Translations under genes and position numbers: made by a program
In this document: positions 32,587-41,067 of the stretch, one piece after another
How the letters are laid out: each line of letters opens with the position of its first letter
Numbering within the stretch: position 1 is the first letter of the stretch
Assembly: GCA_052168235.1 (NCBI GenBank)
Contig: JBQLZK010000002.1
Span: forward strand, 224,001-288,000
Source: Thainema sp.
GTDB lineage: Bacteria; Cyanobacteriota; Cyanobacteriia; Phormidesmidales; Phormidesmidaceae
Length of the DNA: 64,000 nt
Direction: 5' to 3'
The notes under the pieces: generated by a model
Told to the model about the DNA's origin: nothing
What the model saw: only the letters and a program-made list of their open reading frames with translations
The model's database searches: none

Positions 32587-34116
32587 CAAGGGGCTTAAGC
32601 CCCTTGTTCATAAGGGAGGGGGAGAAGCATGAGCAAGGCGAAAATCTATTACTTTACGCTGCAAGATGAGCAGACCAAGGAAGAAAAGCTGGAGTGGTTT
32701 GAGCAAACCCGTCTAGAGCAAATCCTGTTTGAGCATATCACCCCAGACCGCAAGCACAACTGGGTGAATTTGACCGACAACGATTTTGATGACTTCTTGC
32801 CGCTGATTGATAAGCAGGTAAAGGCAAGTAAGTCACAAGAAGCTGTTTTTCAGCTTTTTTCAGCGGGGGTTAAGACTCAGCGCGATGAGTGGGTTTATGA
32901 CTTCTCAAAAGAAGCGCTAATTGAGCGCATGAAGTATTTCGTCGAGGTATATCAAGAGCGTCTAAGAGATGGATCGCGACGAAATTTAGACATCAAGTGG
33001 GATCGTGAGCTTGAAAAATATTTGACTAGTAACGTCAAGAAGAGTTTTCATACATCTAATATAGTTCAAAGTATTTACCGACCGTATACAAAACAGTATC
33101 TCTATTTTGATAAGCATTTCAATGGAATGACTTATCAACTTCCAAGTATTTTTCCATCAGCAAAGAAACCTAATAAGGCTATTTGGATTAAATCGGGTAT
33201 AGATGCTCCGTATTTTCATTGGGTTGTAGAGCACATCCCTGATGTGCTTACAAACGGTGGCTCTCAATGCCTCCCCCTCTATCGCTATGACGAAAACGGA
33301 ACCCGCATCGACAACATCACCGACTGGGCATTAGAGCAGTTTCGGCAACATTACAAAGCAGAGTTAGACCAAGCAGCGTCTAAGGCAGCGTCAGGCAAGG
33401 GGCTTAAGCCCCTTGTTCCCCACACAGATGTAGAAAAGCGCAGCGCAGAACAAAACGATCGCTCAGGCGAACCGGGCAAGGGGCTTAAGCCCCTTGTCTC
33501 AGCGGAGCCCCTTGTTCCCCATACATGGTGGTTTGTAACTTTCGTGACTCATAACGCTCGCGTATCCGAACGCATGGTTACTTACGGCGTCAAAAAAGGG
33601 GAACCGCTTATCTTTTCAGCCGAAGATCAAATCTTTATTGCTGAGCAGATTGCTGAAGCTGTCAAACGGTACGAAATTGCGATCGCCGCCTTCAATGTTC
33701 TACCCGATCACGTCCACATGGTGGTTGCCGCATCAACCGAAGCAGAACTGAACGAAAAGATCCGCAAAATCAAAGGTTTTAGTTCTCACCAATATCAGCG
33801 ATCGCGAGACTGGGATAAAGGTCAGCATGTTTGGGCGCAAAAATTTAACCGACAGGCGATCGAAAATGAAATTGCCCTCACTGAGATTTTGGAATATGTG
33901 CTGAATAACCACACTAAACATGCTGAACGCTGGGGCAATGAACTCATTACGATATGGAATGAGGGTGTTACTCCTGGGAACAAGGGGCTTAAGCCCCTTG
34001 TCTTAGAGGGGCCCCTTGCCTCTAGTCGGCCTCTTGCCGAAATTGTGCGAGAAGTCTGCGTTCCGCTTGAAGAGCTTTTCAGCTCTGGAGGGGGAACAAG
34101 GGGCTTAAGCCCCTTG
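32587..34116. repeat. Five copies of 20-bp perfect palindrome CAAGGGGCTTAAGCCCCTTG
   Basis: Copies at 32587, 33396, 33477, 33981, 34097; half copies near 32573, 33506, 34011. Confidence 0.95.
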
Positions 34117-34749
34117 TCTGACCAAGTTGACCAGGCAGAAATCACCAAACTCGACATCTTCCACTACACCTACGCCGTCCTCCACCATCCCGCCTACCGC
34201 ACCAAATACGAACTCAACCTCAAACGCGAATTTCCTCGCCTGCCCTACTACCCCAACTTCCAACAGTGGGCCACCTGGGGCAAAACCCTCATGGATCTGC
34301 ACCTCACCTACGAAACCGCCGCACCCTACGGCCTCGAACGCATTGATCAATCCGGCGTAGGGGCGAATGGCCATTCGCCCCTACAGGCATCGTTAATTCC
34401 CGAAGAAGACACCCCCGCCAAACCCAAGAAAACCCCCAAACCCAAACTCAAAGCCGACAAAACCCAAGGCCATATCATCCTCGATACCGATACCACCCTT
34501 ACCGGAGTGCCCGCCGTTGCCTGGGACTACAAACTCGGCAACCGCTCCGCCCTGGAGTGGATACTCGATCAATACAAAGAAAAGAAACCCAAAGATCCTA
34601 CGATCCGAGAACTCTTCAACACCTACCGCTTCGCCGATTACAAAGAGCACGTCATCGACCTACTCCAGCGCGTCTGCACCGTCAGCGTCGAGACGATGAA
34701 AATCATCCACCAAATGCCCGACACTGTAGAACATGAAGGCGAGGCATGA
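32629..34749 (+). CDS. Type ISP-like C-terminal specificity subunit with in-frame RAYT insertion
   Basis: GVKTQRDEWVY, YRPY, NITDWAL..F..HY, ITKLDIFHY.YAVLHHPAYR.KY..NLKREFPRLP, LGNRSALEW; own purine-rich RBS. Confidence 0.85.
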   Translation: MSKAKIYYFTLQDEQTKEEKLEWFEQTRLEQILFEHITPDRKHNWVNLTDNDFDDFLPLIDKQVKASKSQEAVFQLFSAGVKTQRDEWVYDFSKEALIERMKYFVEVYQERLRDGSRRNLDIKWDRELEKYLTSNVKKSFHTSNIVQSIYRPYTKQYLYFDKHFNGMTYQLPSIFPSAKKPNKAIWIKSGIDAPYFHWVVEHIPDVLTNGGSQCLPLYRYDENGTRIDNITDWALEQFRQHYKAELDQAASKAASGKGLKPLVPHTDVEKRSAEQNDRSGEPGKGLKPLVSAEPLVPHTWWFVTFVTHNARVSERMVTYGVKKGEPLIFSAEDQIFIAEQIAEAVKRYEIAIAAFNVLPDHVHMVVAASTEAELNEKIRKIKGFSSHQYQRSRDWDKGQHVWAQKFNRQAIENEIALTEILEYVLNNHTKHAERWGNELITIWNEGVTPGNKGLKPLVLEGPLASSRPLAEIVREVCVPLEELFSSGGGTRGLSPLSDQVDQAEITKLDIFHYTYAVLHHPAYRTKYELNLKREFPRLPYYPNFQQWATWGKTLMDLHLTYETAAPYGLERIDQSGVGANGHSPLQASLIPEEDTPAKPKKTPKPKLKADKTQGHIILDTDTTLTGVPAVAWDYKLGNRSALEWILDQYKEKKPKDPTIRELFNTYRFADYKEHVIDLLQRVCTVSVETMKIIHQMPDTVEHEGEA
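33355..34140 (+). mobile_element. REP-associated tyrosine transposase (Y1 HUH) domain with flanking palindromes, in frame in the RM subunit
   Basis: WFVTFVT, VLPDHVH (HUH, 33709-33717), KIKGFSS, VWAQKF, EYVLNN (Tyr codon at 33895). Confidence 0.82.
34357..34384. repeat. GTAG-type REP-like palindrome inside the coding frame
   Basis: gtaggggcgaatggccattcgcccctac, translated VGANGHSPL. Confidence 0.85.
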
Positions 34750-34753
34750 TGGT

Positions 34754-34840
34754 GCTGTGAGCAACCATTTCAAACTCTCCGATACCAAGAACAACGTCTT
34801 TGGCATTCAAACCAGAACCGCTGTCATGTTTTTAGTAAAA
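34754..34840 (+). repeat. Diverged duplicate of the MTase gene 3' end
   Basis: Aligns ungapped with 32474-32560 (accaagaacaacgt.tttggcattcaaacc.gaa.cgctgt.atgtttttagtaaaa). Confidence 0.9.
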
Positions 34841-34860
34841 ACTGCTGAGGAGAAAAAGCC

Positions 34861-35130
34861 ATGATTCAACCTACTTTGTTAGAGAAACTAGAGGTATTAC
34901 CAGAATCACTACAAACGGAAGTGCTGCATTATGTTGAATTTCTGTTAGAGAAACACCTCAAAAATAAACCACCTAGCCTTTTAGAATTACGGGAAGAATT
35001 ACAGCAGGAATTAGCGCAACTCACGCCGGAAGAAGCGGAAAAGCGTTATGGATATGGTAGCCTGAAAGGCCAGATTATCATGTCTGATGATTTTGACGAG
35101 CCGCTAGAAGATTTAGCAGAGTATATGTAA
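34861..35130 (+). CDS. DUF2281-type antitoxin
   Basis: LPESLQTEVLHYVEFLL...GSLKGQI.MSDDFDEPLED. Confidence 0.85.
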   Translation: MIQPTLLEKLEVLPESLQTEVLHYVEFLLEKHLKNKPPSLLELREELQQELAQLTPEEAEKRYGYGSLKGQIIMSDDFDEPLEDLAEYM

Positions 35131-35131
35131 C

Positions 35132-35521
35132 ATGCCGATCCTTTTAGATACTCATGCTGTCCTTTGGTATGTTGAGTCAGATCCTAGCCTTAGTGCTAAA
35201 GCTAAGGCTATTTTAGATGCCAAAAAGAATCTGTTTTTTAGTACTGCTAGCCTGTGGGAAACTGCCATCAAGCTCAATGTCGGTAAACTCCAAATCACTT
35301 CGTCATTTAATCAGCTTCTGATTCGGCTTGAGTTCCTGAATATGGAAATTTTGCCGATCAATACAGAAGATCTCAATACTTATATTGGTCTACCTTTATC
35401 GAAGAATCACCGTGATCCCTTTGACCGTATTTTGGTGGCTCAATCCATTAACCATTCAATGCCTATCTTGAGTGGTGACGAGAAATTTGATTTGTATCCA
35501 GTTCAGCGGGTGTGGGAATGA
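35132..35521 (+). CDS. vapC: PIN-domain VapC toxin
   Basis: ILLDTHAVLW, SLWE.AIK, HRDPFDRILVAQ. Confidence 0.9.
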   Translation: MPILLDTHAVLWYVESDPSLSAKAKAILDAKKNLFFSTASLWETAIKLNVGKLQITSSFNQLLIRLEFLNMEILPINTEDLNTYIGLPLSKNHRDPFDRILVAQSINHSMPILSGDEKFDLYPVQRVWE

Positions 35522-35544
35522 GCAAGGCAAAAATCTATTACTTT
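35518..35544 (+). repeat. Duplicate of the specificity-subunit 5' end
   Basis: atgagcaaggcaaaaatctattacttt, 26/27 identical to 32629-32655; ATG overlaps the vapC TGA. Confidence 0.9.
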
Positions 35545-35659
35545 GCTGCGAGATCTGAGGCGGAGATTACGGACAGAAAACCCAGAATCGTGATAATCCA
35601 AGATTGGACTGTAGCGCGATCGCGCTGATTCCCTATACAGCCTTCTTACTCCCCAACCC

Positions 35660-36970
35660 ATGACCCAACCCCTCTCTGACCTCGCCCGCGAAAAAAATAT
35701 CTGCTACTTCCTGATCTCCTTCACCGATTTATTCGGCACCCAACGCGCCAAGCTTGTTCCTGCTGCTGCAATTGACGAGATGGCCGCTAGCGGAGCGGGA
35801 TTTGCCGGATTTGCCACCTGGCTCGACATGACGCCTGCCGATGCCGACATGTTTGCAGTTCCCGACACTGATAGTCTATTCCAGCTACCTTGGAAACCCG
35901 ATGTCGCCTGGATGCCAGCGGATTTGTTTACGCCGAGGATGGATGCGATCGCACAAACGCCGCGCATGGTGCTTCAGCGAGTCCTCCAGCAGGCGCGAGA
36001 CATGGGCTACAGCGTCAAAACGGGGGTGGAATGCGAGTATTTTCTGCTGTCACCGGATGGCGAGGCGCTGTCTGATCCCTACGATCGCCAGGTGAAACCC
36101 TGCTATGACCAGCAGGCACTGATGCGGCGGTTTGATGTGATTGCGGAAATCTGCGATGCCATGCTGGCGCTGGGTTGGGGAGCCTACCAGAACGATCACG
36201 AAGACGCCAACGGTCAGTTTGAGATGAACTGGATGTATGCCGATGCGCTGATCACGGCGGATCGGCATGCGTTCTTTAAGTACATGGTCAAGTCCATTGC
36301 CGAAAAGCATGGTCTGCGAGCCACGTTCATGCCCAAGCCGTTCGCGCACCTGACCGGGAATGGCTGCCACACTCACCTCTCAGTGTGGGACACCAGCGGC
36401 ACAACGAATCTATTTCACGATCCAGAAGGCGAACTAGGTCTGTCGTCACTGGCCTACAACTTCATTGGCGGCGTAATGCATTCAGCATCAGCGCTTTGCG
36501 CCTTTACCAATCCAACCATTAACTCCTACAAGCGGATTAATGCGCCCACCACCCTGTCCGGCGCAACTTGGTCGCCCAATACCGCCAGCTACAGCGGCAA
36601 CAATCGCACCCATGCCATCCGAATTCCTGACTCTGGACGGTTTGAGCTGCGGTTGGCCGATGGTGCAGCTAATCCCTATTTACTCGCAGCGGCAATGGTT
36701 GCGGCAGGACTGGACGGCATTGCCCAGAAGCGTGACCCTGGCCCCCGCTGTGACAACAACAACTACACCGAGCCGCTGCCACAAGGTTCAGCGAAGCCTC
36801 TGCCTGCCAATCTATTAGATGCCTTGCGGCAGTTGGAGCAAAATACCGTCTTCCAGGATGCGATGGGAGCAGAGTTTGTACAGTCTTATCTCAAGCTCAA
36901 GCATCAGGAATGGAACAGCTACCACGCTCAAATTACGCCGTGGGAACGGGAAACGACGCTGGATTGTTAG
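35660..36970 (+). CDS. glnT: GlnT-type glutamate-ammonia ligase / gamma-glutamylmethylamide synthetase-like
   Basis: FTDLFG.QRAKLVPA, GAGFAGFATWLD, NDHEDANGQFEMNW, TFMPKPF..LTGNGCH, NNRTH. Confidence 0.88.
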   Translation: MTQPLSDLAREKNICYFLISFTDLFGTQRAKLVPAAAIDEMAASGAGFAGFATWLDMTPADADMFAVPDTDSLFQLPWKPDVAWMPADLFTPRMDAIAQTPRMVLQRVLQQARDMGYSVKTGVECEYFLLSPDGEALSDPYDRQVKPCYDQQALMRRFDVIAEICDAMLALGWGAYQNDHEDANGQFEMNWMYADALITADRHAFFKYMVKSIAEKHGLRATFMPKPFAHLTGNGCHTHLSVWDTSGTTNLFHDPEGELGLSSLAYNFIGGVMHSASALCAFTNPTINSYKRINAPTTLSGATWSPNTASYSGNNRTHAIRIPDSGRFELRLADGAANPYLLAAAMVAAGLDGIAQKRDPGPRCDNNNYTEPLPQGSAKPLPANLLDALRQLEQNTVFQDAMGAEFVQSYLKLKHQEWNSYHAQITPWERETTLDC

Positions 36971-36987
36971 GGTTGCCTCCTAAAGAT

Positions 36988-37566
36988 TCAGCGTTTTACG
37001 CTGTAATAAAGCAGCAGTACACCGTTGGGATAAATTTTGCTGTCGGTCAGATCTAACGCCATTTGTGGAATCACGTTAGCGAATAGCGGGATGCCTGCAC
37101 CCATCAGAAAGGGATTCAGTTTGAGAATGAGCTGATCGATGAGCTGGTTAGCAAACAGGGTGCTGGCCAGATTTGCGCCACCGCAGAGCCAAATGTCCTT
37201 GCCATCTTCCGCTTTTAGCTGTTGCACCACCTCAATGGCCTGATCTGAAACCAGTTTAACGTTGGCGTCTGGGCTTTCCGAGATGCTGCGAGAAAAGAGG
37301 TACTGCCTCAGATGCGTATAGGGACTGGTGACGCCTTCCTTGAGGCCAACTTCATAGGTTTTGCGCCCCATCAGCACCGTATCAAACCGCTGATTGTCGC
37401 CGTCAACGCCCATCACCTCACGCAGATGGGAGGGAACCGTTTCAGGAAAAGTGGCAAATAAATCAGCAAAATAGTCCTGATCCTGCGAAAATCCATCATG
37501 GGAGCCGTTGGTATGAGCAATAAAGCCATCTACGCTGCAAGCGACGTAATAAATTAGGTTTCGCAT
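36988..37566 (-). CDS. Dihydrofolate reductase / RibD C-terminal family
   Basis: YYVACSVDGFIA, LMGRKTY, IWLCGGA.LA, G.GIPLF. Confidence 0.85.
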   Translation of the reverse strand: MRNLIYYVACSVDGFIAHTNGSHDGFSQDQDYFADLFATFPETVPSHLREVMGVDGDNQRFDTVLMGRKTYEVGLKEGVTSPYTHLRQYLFSRSISESPDANVKLVSDQAIEVVQQLKAEDGKDIWLCGGANLASTLFANQLIDQLILKLNPFLMGAGIPLFANVIPQMALDLTDSKIYPNGVLLLYYSVKR

Positions 37567-37629
37567 TTGGCCCTCCCTCACTACACAAGCTTGAGCAGCC
37601 ACTTGATATTACTGCTTGTCGTGGTGTTG

Positions 37630-37736
37630 AATATCAAATCTGTGTATAGGAACCCAATTTATTTTTTGTGAAACGTTTGTGGAGCAAACGTTTCACAAAA
37701 AATAAATCATGGGTTTTCAACCCGACTTGGATATAA
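37630..37736. repeat. ~100-bp imperfect palindromic dispersed element, copy 2
   Basis: aatatcaaatctgtgtataggaaccc...gggttttcaacccgacttggatataa. Confidence 0.75.
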
Positions 37737-37761
37737 GCCATGATTTTGGATGGACTACCGA

Positions 37762-38514
37762 CTATTTTTGAACGGCTGTGAAACCACCATCTACGACTAA
37801 ATTGTGGCCCGTCACGAAGGCTGCGCCATCGGAGCAGAGCCAAACGACGGCCTCGGCGATGTCTTCGGGTGCGCCAATTCGCTGGAGCGGGATGCCAGCA
37901 GCCACCTGATCCAGCATTTCAGGGGGTGCGCCTGCCCACAAGTCTGTTTTCACTGCGCCAGGGCTGACCGTGTTGATCCGAATTCGATCAGCCGAGTACT
38001 CAGCGGCGGCGGCACGGGAAAGGGCAATCACGCCAGCTTTGGCGGCTCCGTAGGCTCCATATCCGGCAACTCCCAACAGTGCGCCTTGCGAAGACGTGTT
38101 GACGATCGCACCTCCGCCTGACTGCTGCATGACCGGAATCTCGTACTTCATGGACAGCCAAACCGACTTGAGATTCACGTTCATCTCAAAATCCCAGTCG
38201 GCTTCCGATAGCTCTGTGATGTTGCCAGAGGTGCCAGAACCCGCATTATTAAAGGCATAGTCCAGCCGACCATAAGCGGCAACGGTCTGCTGAATCATCT
38301 TCTCCACATCTGCTGCTTGGGTAACATCGGCTTGCACAAACATGGCATTGCCACCCGCTGCCTGCACCAGTTGAACCGTTTCTTCTCCCTGGTTCACGCG
38401 GCGGGCGACGACGACAACGCTTGCGCCTGCTTGGCCAAATGCGATCGCAGTTGCCCGACCAATTCCCGAACTTGCCCCAGTCACAATTGCAACTTTGTCA
38501 GCCATTGAAGTCAT
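37762..38514 (-). CDS. SDR family oxidoreductase
   Basis: TGASSGIG, NNAG, YGAAK, VDGG. Confidence 0.93.
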   Translation of the reverse strand: MTSMADKVAIVTGASSGIGRATAIAFGQAGASVVVVARRVNQGEETVQLVQAAGGNAMFVQADVTQAADVEKMIQQTVAAYGRLDYAFNNAGSGTSGNITELSEADWDFEMNVNLKSVWLSMKYEIPVMQQSGGGAIVNTSSQGALLGVAGYGAYGAAKAGVIALSRAAAAEYSADRIRINTVSPGAVKTDLWAGAPPEMLDQVAAGIPLQRIGAPEDIAEAVVWLCSDGAAFVTGHNLVVDGGFTAVQK

Positions 38515-38831
38515 ACTGTTTGTCCTTAACCCACAGATGATTGCAGAGATAATTCGGTAAGAGTATTACTAAAAGCTGAATAGTGATTGTTGTATTTCAT
38601 ACGAAATAAGTATGAATAAAATTAGAGTATGAATAAAATCAAAGCCCAATAAAATTGGAAAGAACTACAATTTTTAGATTTAGTTCATTTGATTAATATT
38701 CTTACACCCACCTATAGCAGCATGCGATCGCAAAAAGGACTCTGTCTTATGCAGGTGTAAATACGAAAATATTCTTCATAGCCTTAGTAAAGCATCTATC
38801 AATATGAGCGTCGAATTACTAAGGATTAGAT

Positions 38832-39485
38832 ATGAATAACATTCACCCAATAAAACTCAAACAAGCTGGGCTTCTAGGTATTATGGGCGGCAGCTTATTA
38901 GCTGGATTTTCTGTTTTTGCTCCTCAAGCCTCGGCTCAAATTAACCCCTGTCCGGGCATCTATTACGAAGAGCCTTACAGCTTATATGTAGCTAGCCCAG
39001 AAGGATGTCCACCCAATGCGCGGGCCGAAATGCTTCAGGCTCAACCAGGTCAAGGCGGTACCTATCCGTCTCAGGACGATACGATGTTGGGAACCGGCTC
39101 TAATCCGATGATTCGCCAGCCCAACATGCAGAACTATCCTTATGAGCAGGACTGGACCACTACTGCATCTCCAATTGCTCGCGTAGAGCCAACGAACGGT
39201 ACGGTTAATATTCAGTTGATGAATTCAACTAATATTCCCATTTATTACGAGGTGACTGGAGAAACTGGGCGTCGCATCATTGCCGCTCAAGATGAAGCCT
39301 ATCTGCAAAATATTTCTTTGCCAGCAACTATCACGGCTGTCCGAACTGATGATGGTCTATTACAAGTCATTCCAGAACGGAATGATGAGGGTATCTTAGA
39401 GCTTTCACTAGAGGAAGATCCCACGTTTGATGACACCCAAGGCGTGATTCGCATCCAATCGGATGGACAAGTATTTGTGAACTAA
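38832..39485 (+). CDS. Secreted hypothetical protein
   Basis: Signal peptide (APQASA), NPCPGIYYEEP..GCPPN motif; AAGGA RBS. Confidence 0.75.
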   Translation: MNNIHPIKLKQAGLLGIMGGSLLAGFSVFAPQASAQINPCPGIYYEEPYSLYVASPEGCPPNARAEMLQAQPGQGGTYPSQDDTMLGTGSNPMIRQPNMQNYPYEQDWTTTASPIARVEPTNGTVNIQLMNSTNIPIYYEVTGETGRRIIAAQDEAYLQNISLPATITAVRTDDGLLQVIPERNDEGILELSLEEDPTFDDTQGVIRIQSDGQVFVN

Positions 39486-39534
39486 GCCGTTTTTTCGTTT
39501 GAAGCTTAGGACGATCTGAAGCCTACAGCCATCT

Positions 39535-39589
39535 TAAATTGATGATGAACAGGCCGCCCCAACGGGGCGGCCTGTTCATCATCAATTTA
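39535..39589. terminator. Perfect 26-bp-arm hairpin
   Basis: taaattgatgatgaacaggccgcccc-aac-ggggcggcctgttcatcatcaattta. Confidence 0.75.
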
Positions 39590-39758
39590 GTTCATCAGCT
39601 ATTTCAACTTGATATCACCTAGAAGATAGATTTAATTTATATTCTGTCTGACTACAATCCCTTCGGTCATCGCAGTTGAGTTATGACGTGTGATTGTGAC
39701 TTGAGAATTGCGATCGCATCATGCCATCGATGTCACTTAATGAGGTGAAATAGGCTTT

Positions 39759-41006
39759 ATGCGGGATATGCCAAGCGATCGAAGCATAGACAGCACGTTA
39801 GCATTAGCATCGGAGGGATACTGTTTCATCTCTAATCGCTGCGATCGCTACCAGTCTGAGATTTTTCAAACGCGGCTGCTGTTGCAAAAAGCGATTTGCT
39901 TTCGGGGAGAAGAAGCGGCCAAAGTTTTTTACGATACCAGTAAATTTTCACGCCAGAATGCCGCGCCCAAGCGAATTCAGAAAACGCTGCTGGGTGAGGG
40001 TGGTGTTCAGGGTTTAGACGGTGAAACCCATCGACAGCGCAAGCAGATCTTCATGTCGCTGATGACGCCGGAGCACATGGCTGAACTGACGGAACTGACG
40101 CAGCAACAGTGGCAGGCTGCGGCTCAAGCCTGGGAAACCTGCGATCGCATTGTGCTGTTTTATGAAGCCCATAAAGTTCTCTGCCGTGCGGTTTGTGCTT
40201 GGTCAGGTGTGCCGCTGCCTGAAGCAGACGTTGAGCAACGATCAGCCGATGTGGCGGCTATGATCGACGGATCGGCTGGTTTTGGGCTGCGCCACTGGCG
40301 AGCTAGGCAGGGGCGTAAAAAGTCCGAACAGTGGATTAAAAAGCTGCTGGAGCAGATCCGCGCCCGTGAACTAGACGTGCCGGAAAACAGCGCCGCCTAC
40401 GCGTTTGCTTGGCATCGTGACACCAACGGCAATTTGCTCGATAAACATGTGGCAGCCGTTGATTTATTAAATGTTTTGCGCCCCGTTGTTGCGATTTCGC
40501 GCTACGTTGTCTTCGCGGCTCTGGCACTCCATCAACATCCAGAATGCAACACTAAACTGCAAACTGAGGACGATTACATAGAGCTATTTACGCAAGAAGT
40601 TCGCCGCTATTATCCATTTTTTCCATTCGCCAGGGCTTATACTCGCCACGCTTTTGACTGGCATGATTATCATTTCCCCGCAGGAACACAGGTTTTACTG
40701 GATTTATACGGCACCAATCATGACCCCACTATATGGGAAGATCCAGAAAAATTTCAGCCAGAACGCTTTCGACACTGGAATGGCAGCGCCTTTAATTTCA
40801 TCCCGCAAGGTGGTGGTGATCACTACGTCAATCATCGCTGTGCTGGCGAGTGGATCACGATTCAAATTATGAAAATGACCCTAGATTTTCTGGTTAATTC
40901 CATCACTTACGACGTACCAGACCAGAATTTAGATACCCCTTTATCACGGCTACCCGCTTTGCCTAAGAGCCGATTTATAGTCAACAACATTGTTAGCTTA
41001 TCTTAA
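39759..41006 (+). CDS. Cytochrome P450, CYP152 fatty-acid peroxygenase family
   Basis: NVLRP (Arg-Pro), QEVRRYYPFFP, IPQGGG...HRCAGEW heme motif. Confidence 0.9.
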   Translation: MRDMPSDRSIDSTLALASEGYCFISNRCDRYQSEIFQTRLLLQKAICFRGEEAAKVFYDTSKFSRQNAAPKRIQKTLLGEGGVQGLDGETHRQRKQIFMSLMTPEHMAELTELTQQQWQAAAQAWETCDRIVLFYEAHKVLCRAVCAWSGVPLPEADVEQRSADVAAMIDGSAGFGLRHWRARQGRKKSEQWIKKLLEQIRARELDVPENSAAYAFAWHRDTNGNLLDKHVAAVDLLNVLRPVVAISRYVVFAALALHQHPECNTKLQTEDDYIELFTQEVRRYYPFFPFARAYTRHAFDWHDYHFPAGTQVLLDLYGTNHDPTIWEDPEKFQPERFRHWNGSAFNFIPQGGGDHYVNHRCAGEWITIQIMKMTLDFLVNSITYDVPDQNLDTPLSRLPALPKSRFIVNNIVSLS

Positions 41007-41067
41007 AGAGTTTGCCTAACGTTAGGAAAATGTGGTGTCCGTTATTAGTTTAATTTGAGCCAATCTG

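Larger units (their letters stand above)
30685..35626. mobile_element. RM/TA genomic islet
   Basis: Bounded by GCGATCGCGCT direct repeats (30685, 35616); lies between a glnT remnant and intact glnT; no integrase seen. Confidence 0.6.

Noticed and set aside
32587..34116. Palindromic repeats as a CRISPR array
   Set aside because: Spacing is irregular (about 80-800 bp), most copies are within a coding frame, and no cas genes are present
33355..34140. Insert as an intein
   Set aside because: No N-terminal Cys/Ser block or C-terminal His-Asn splice motif; it carries HUH/Y1 motifs instead
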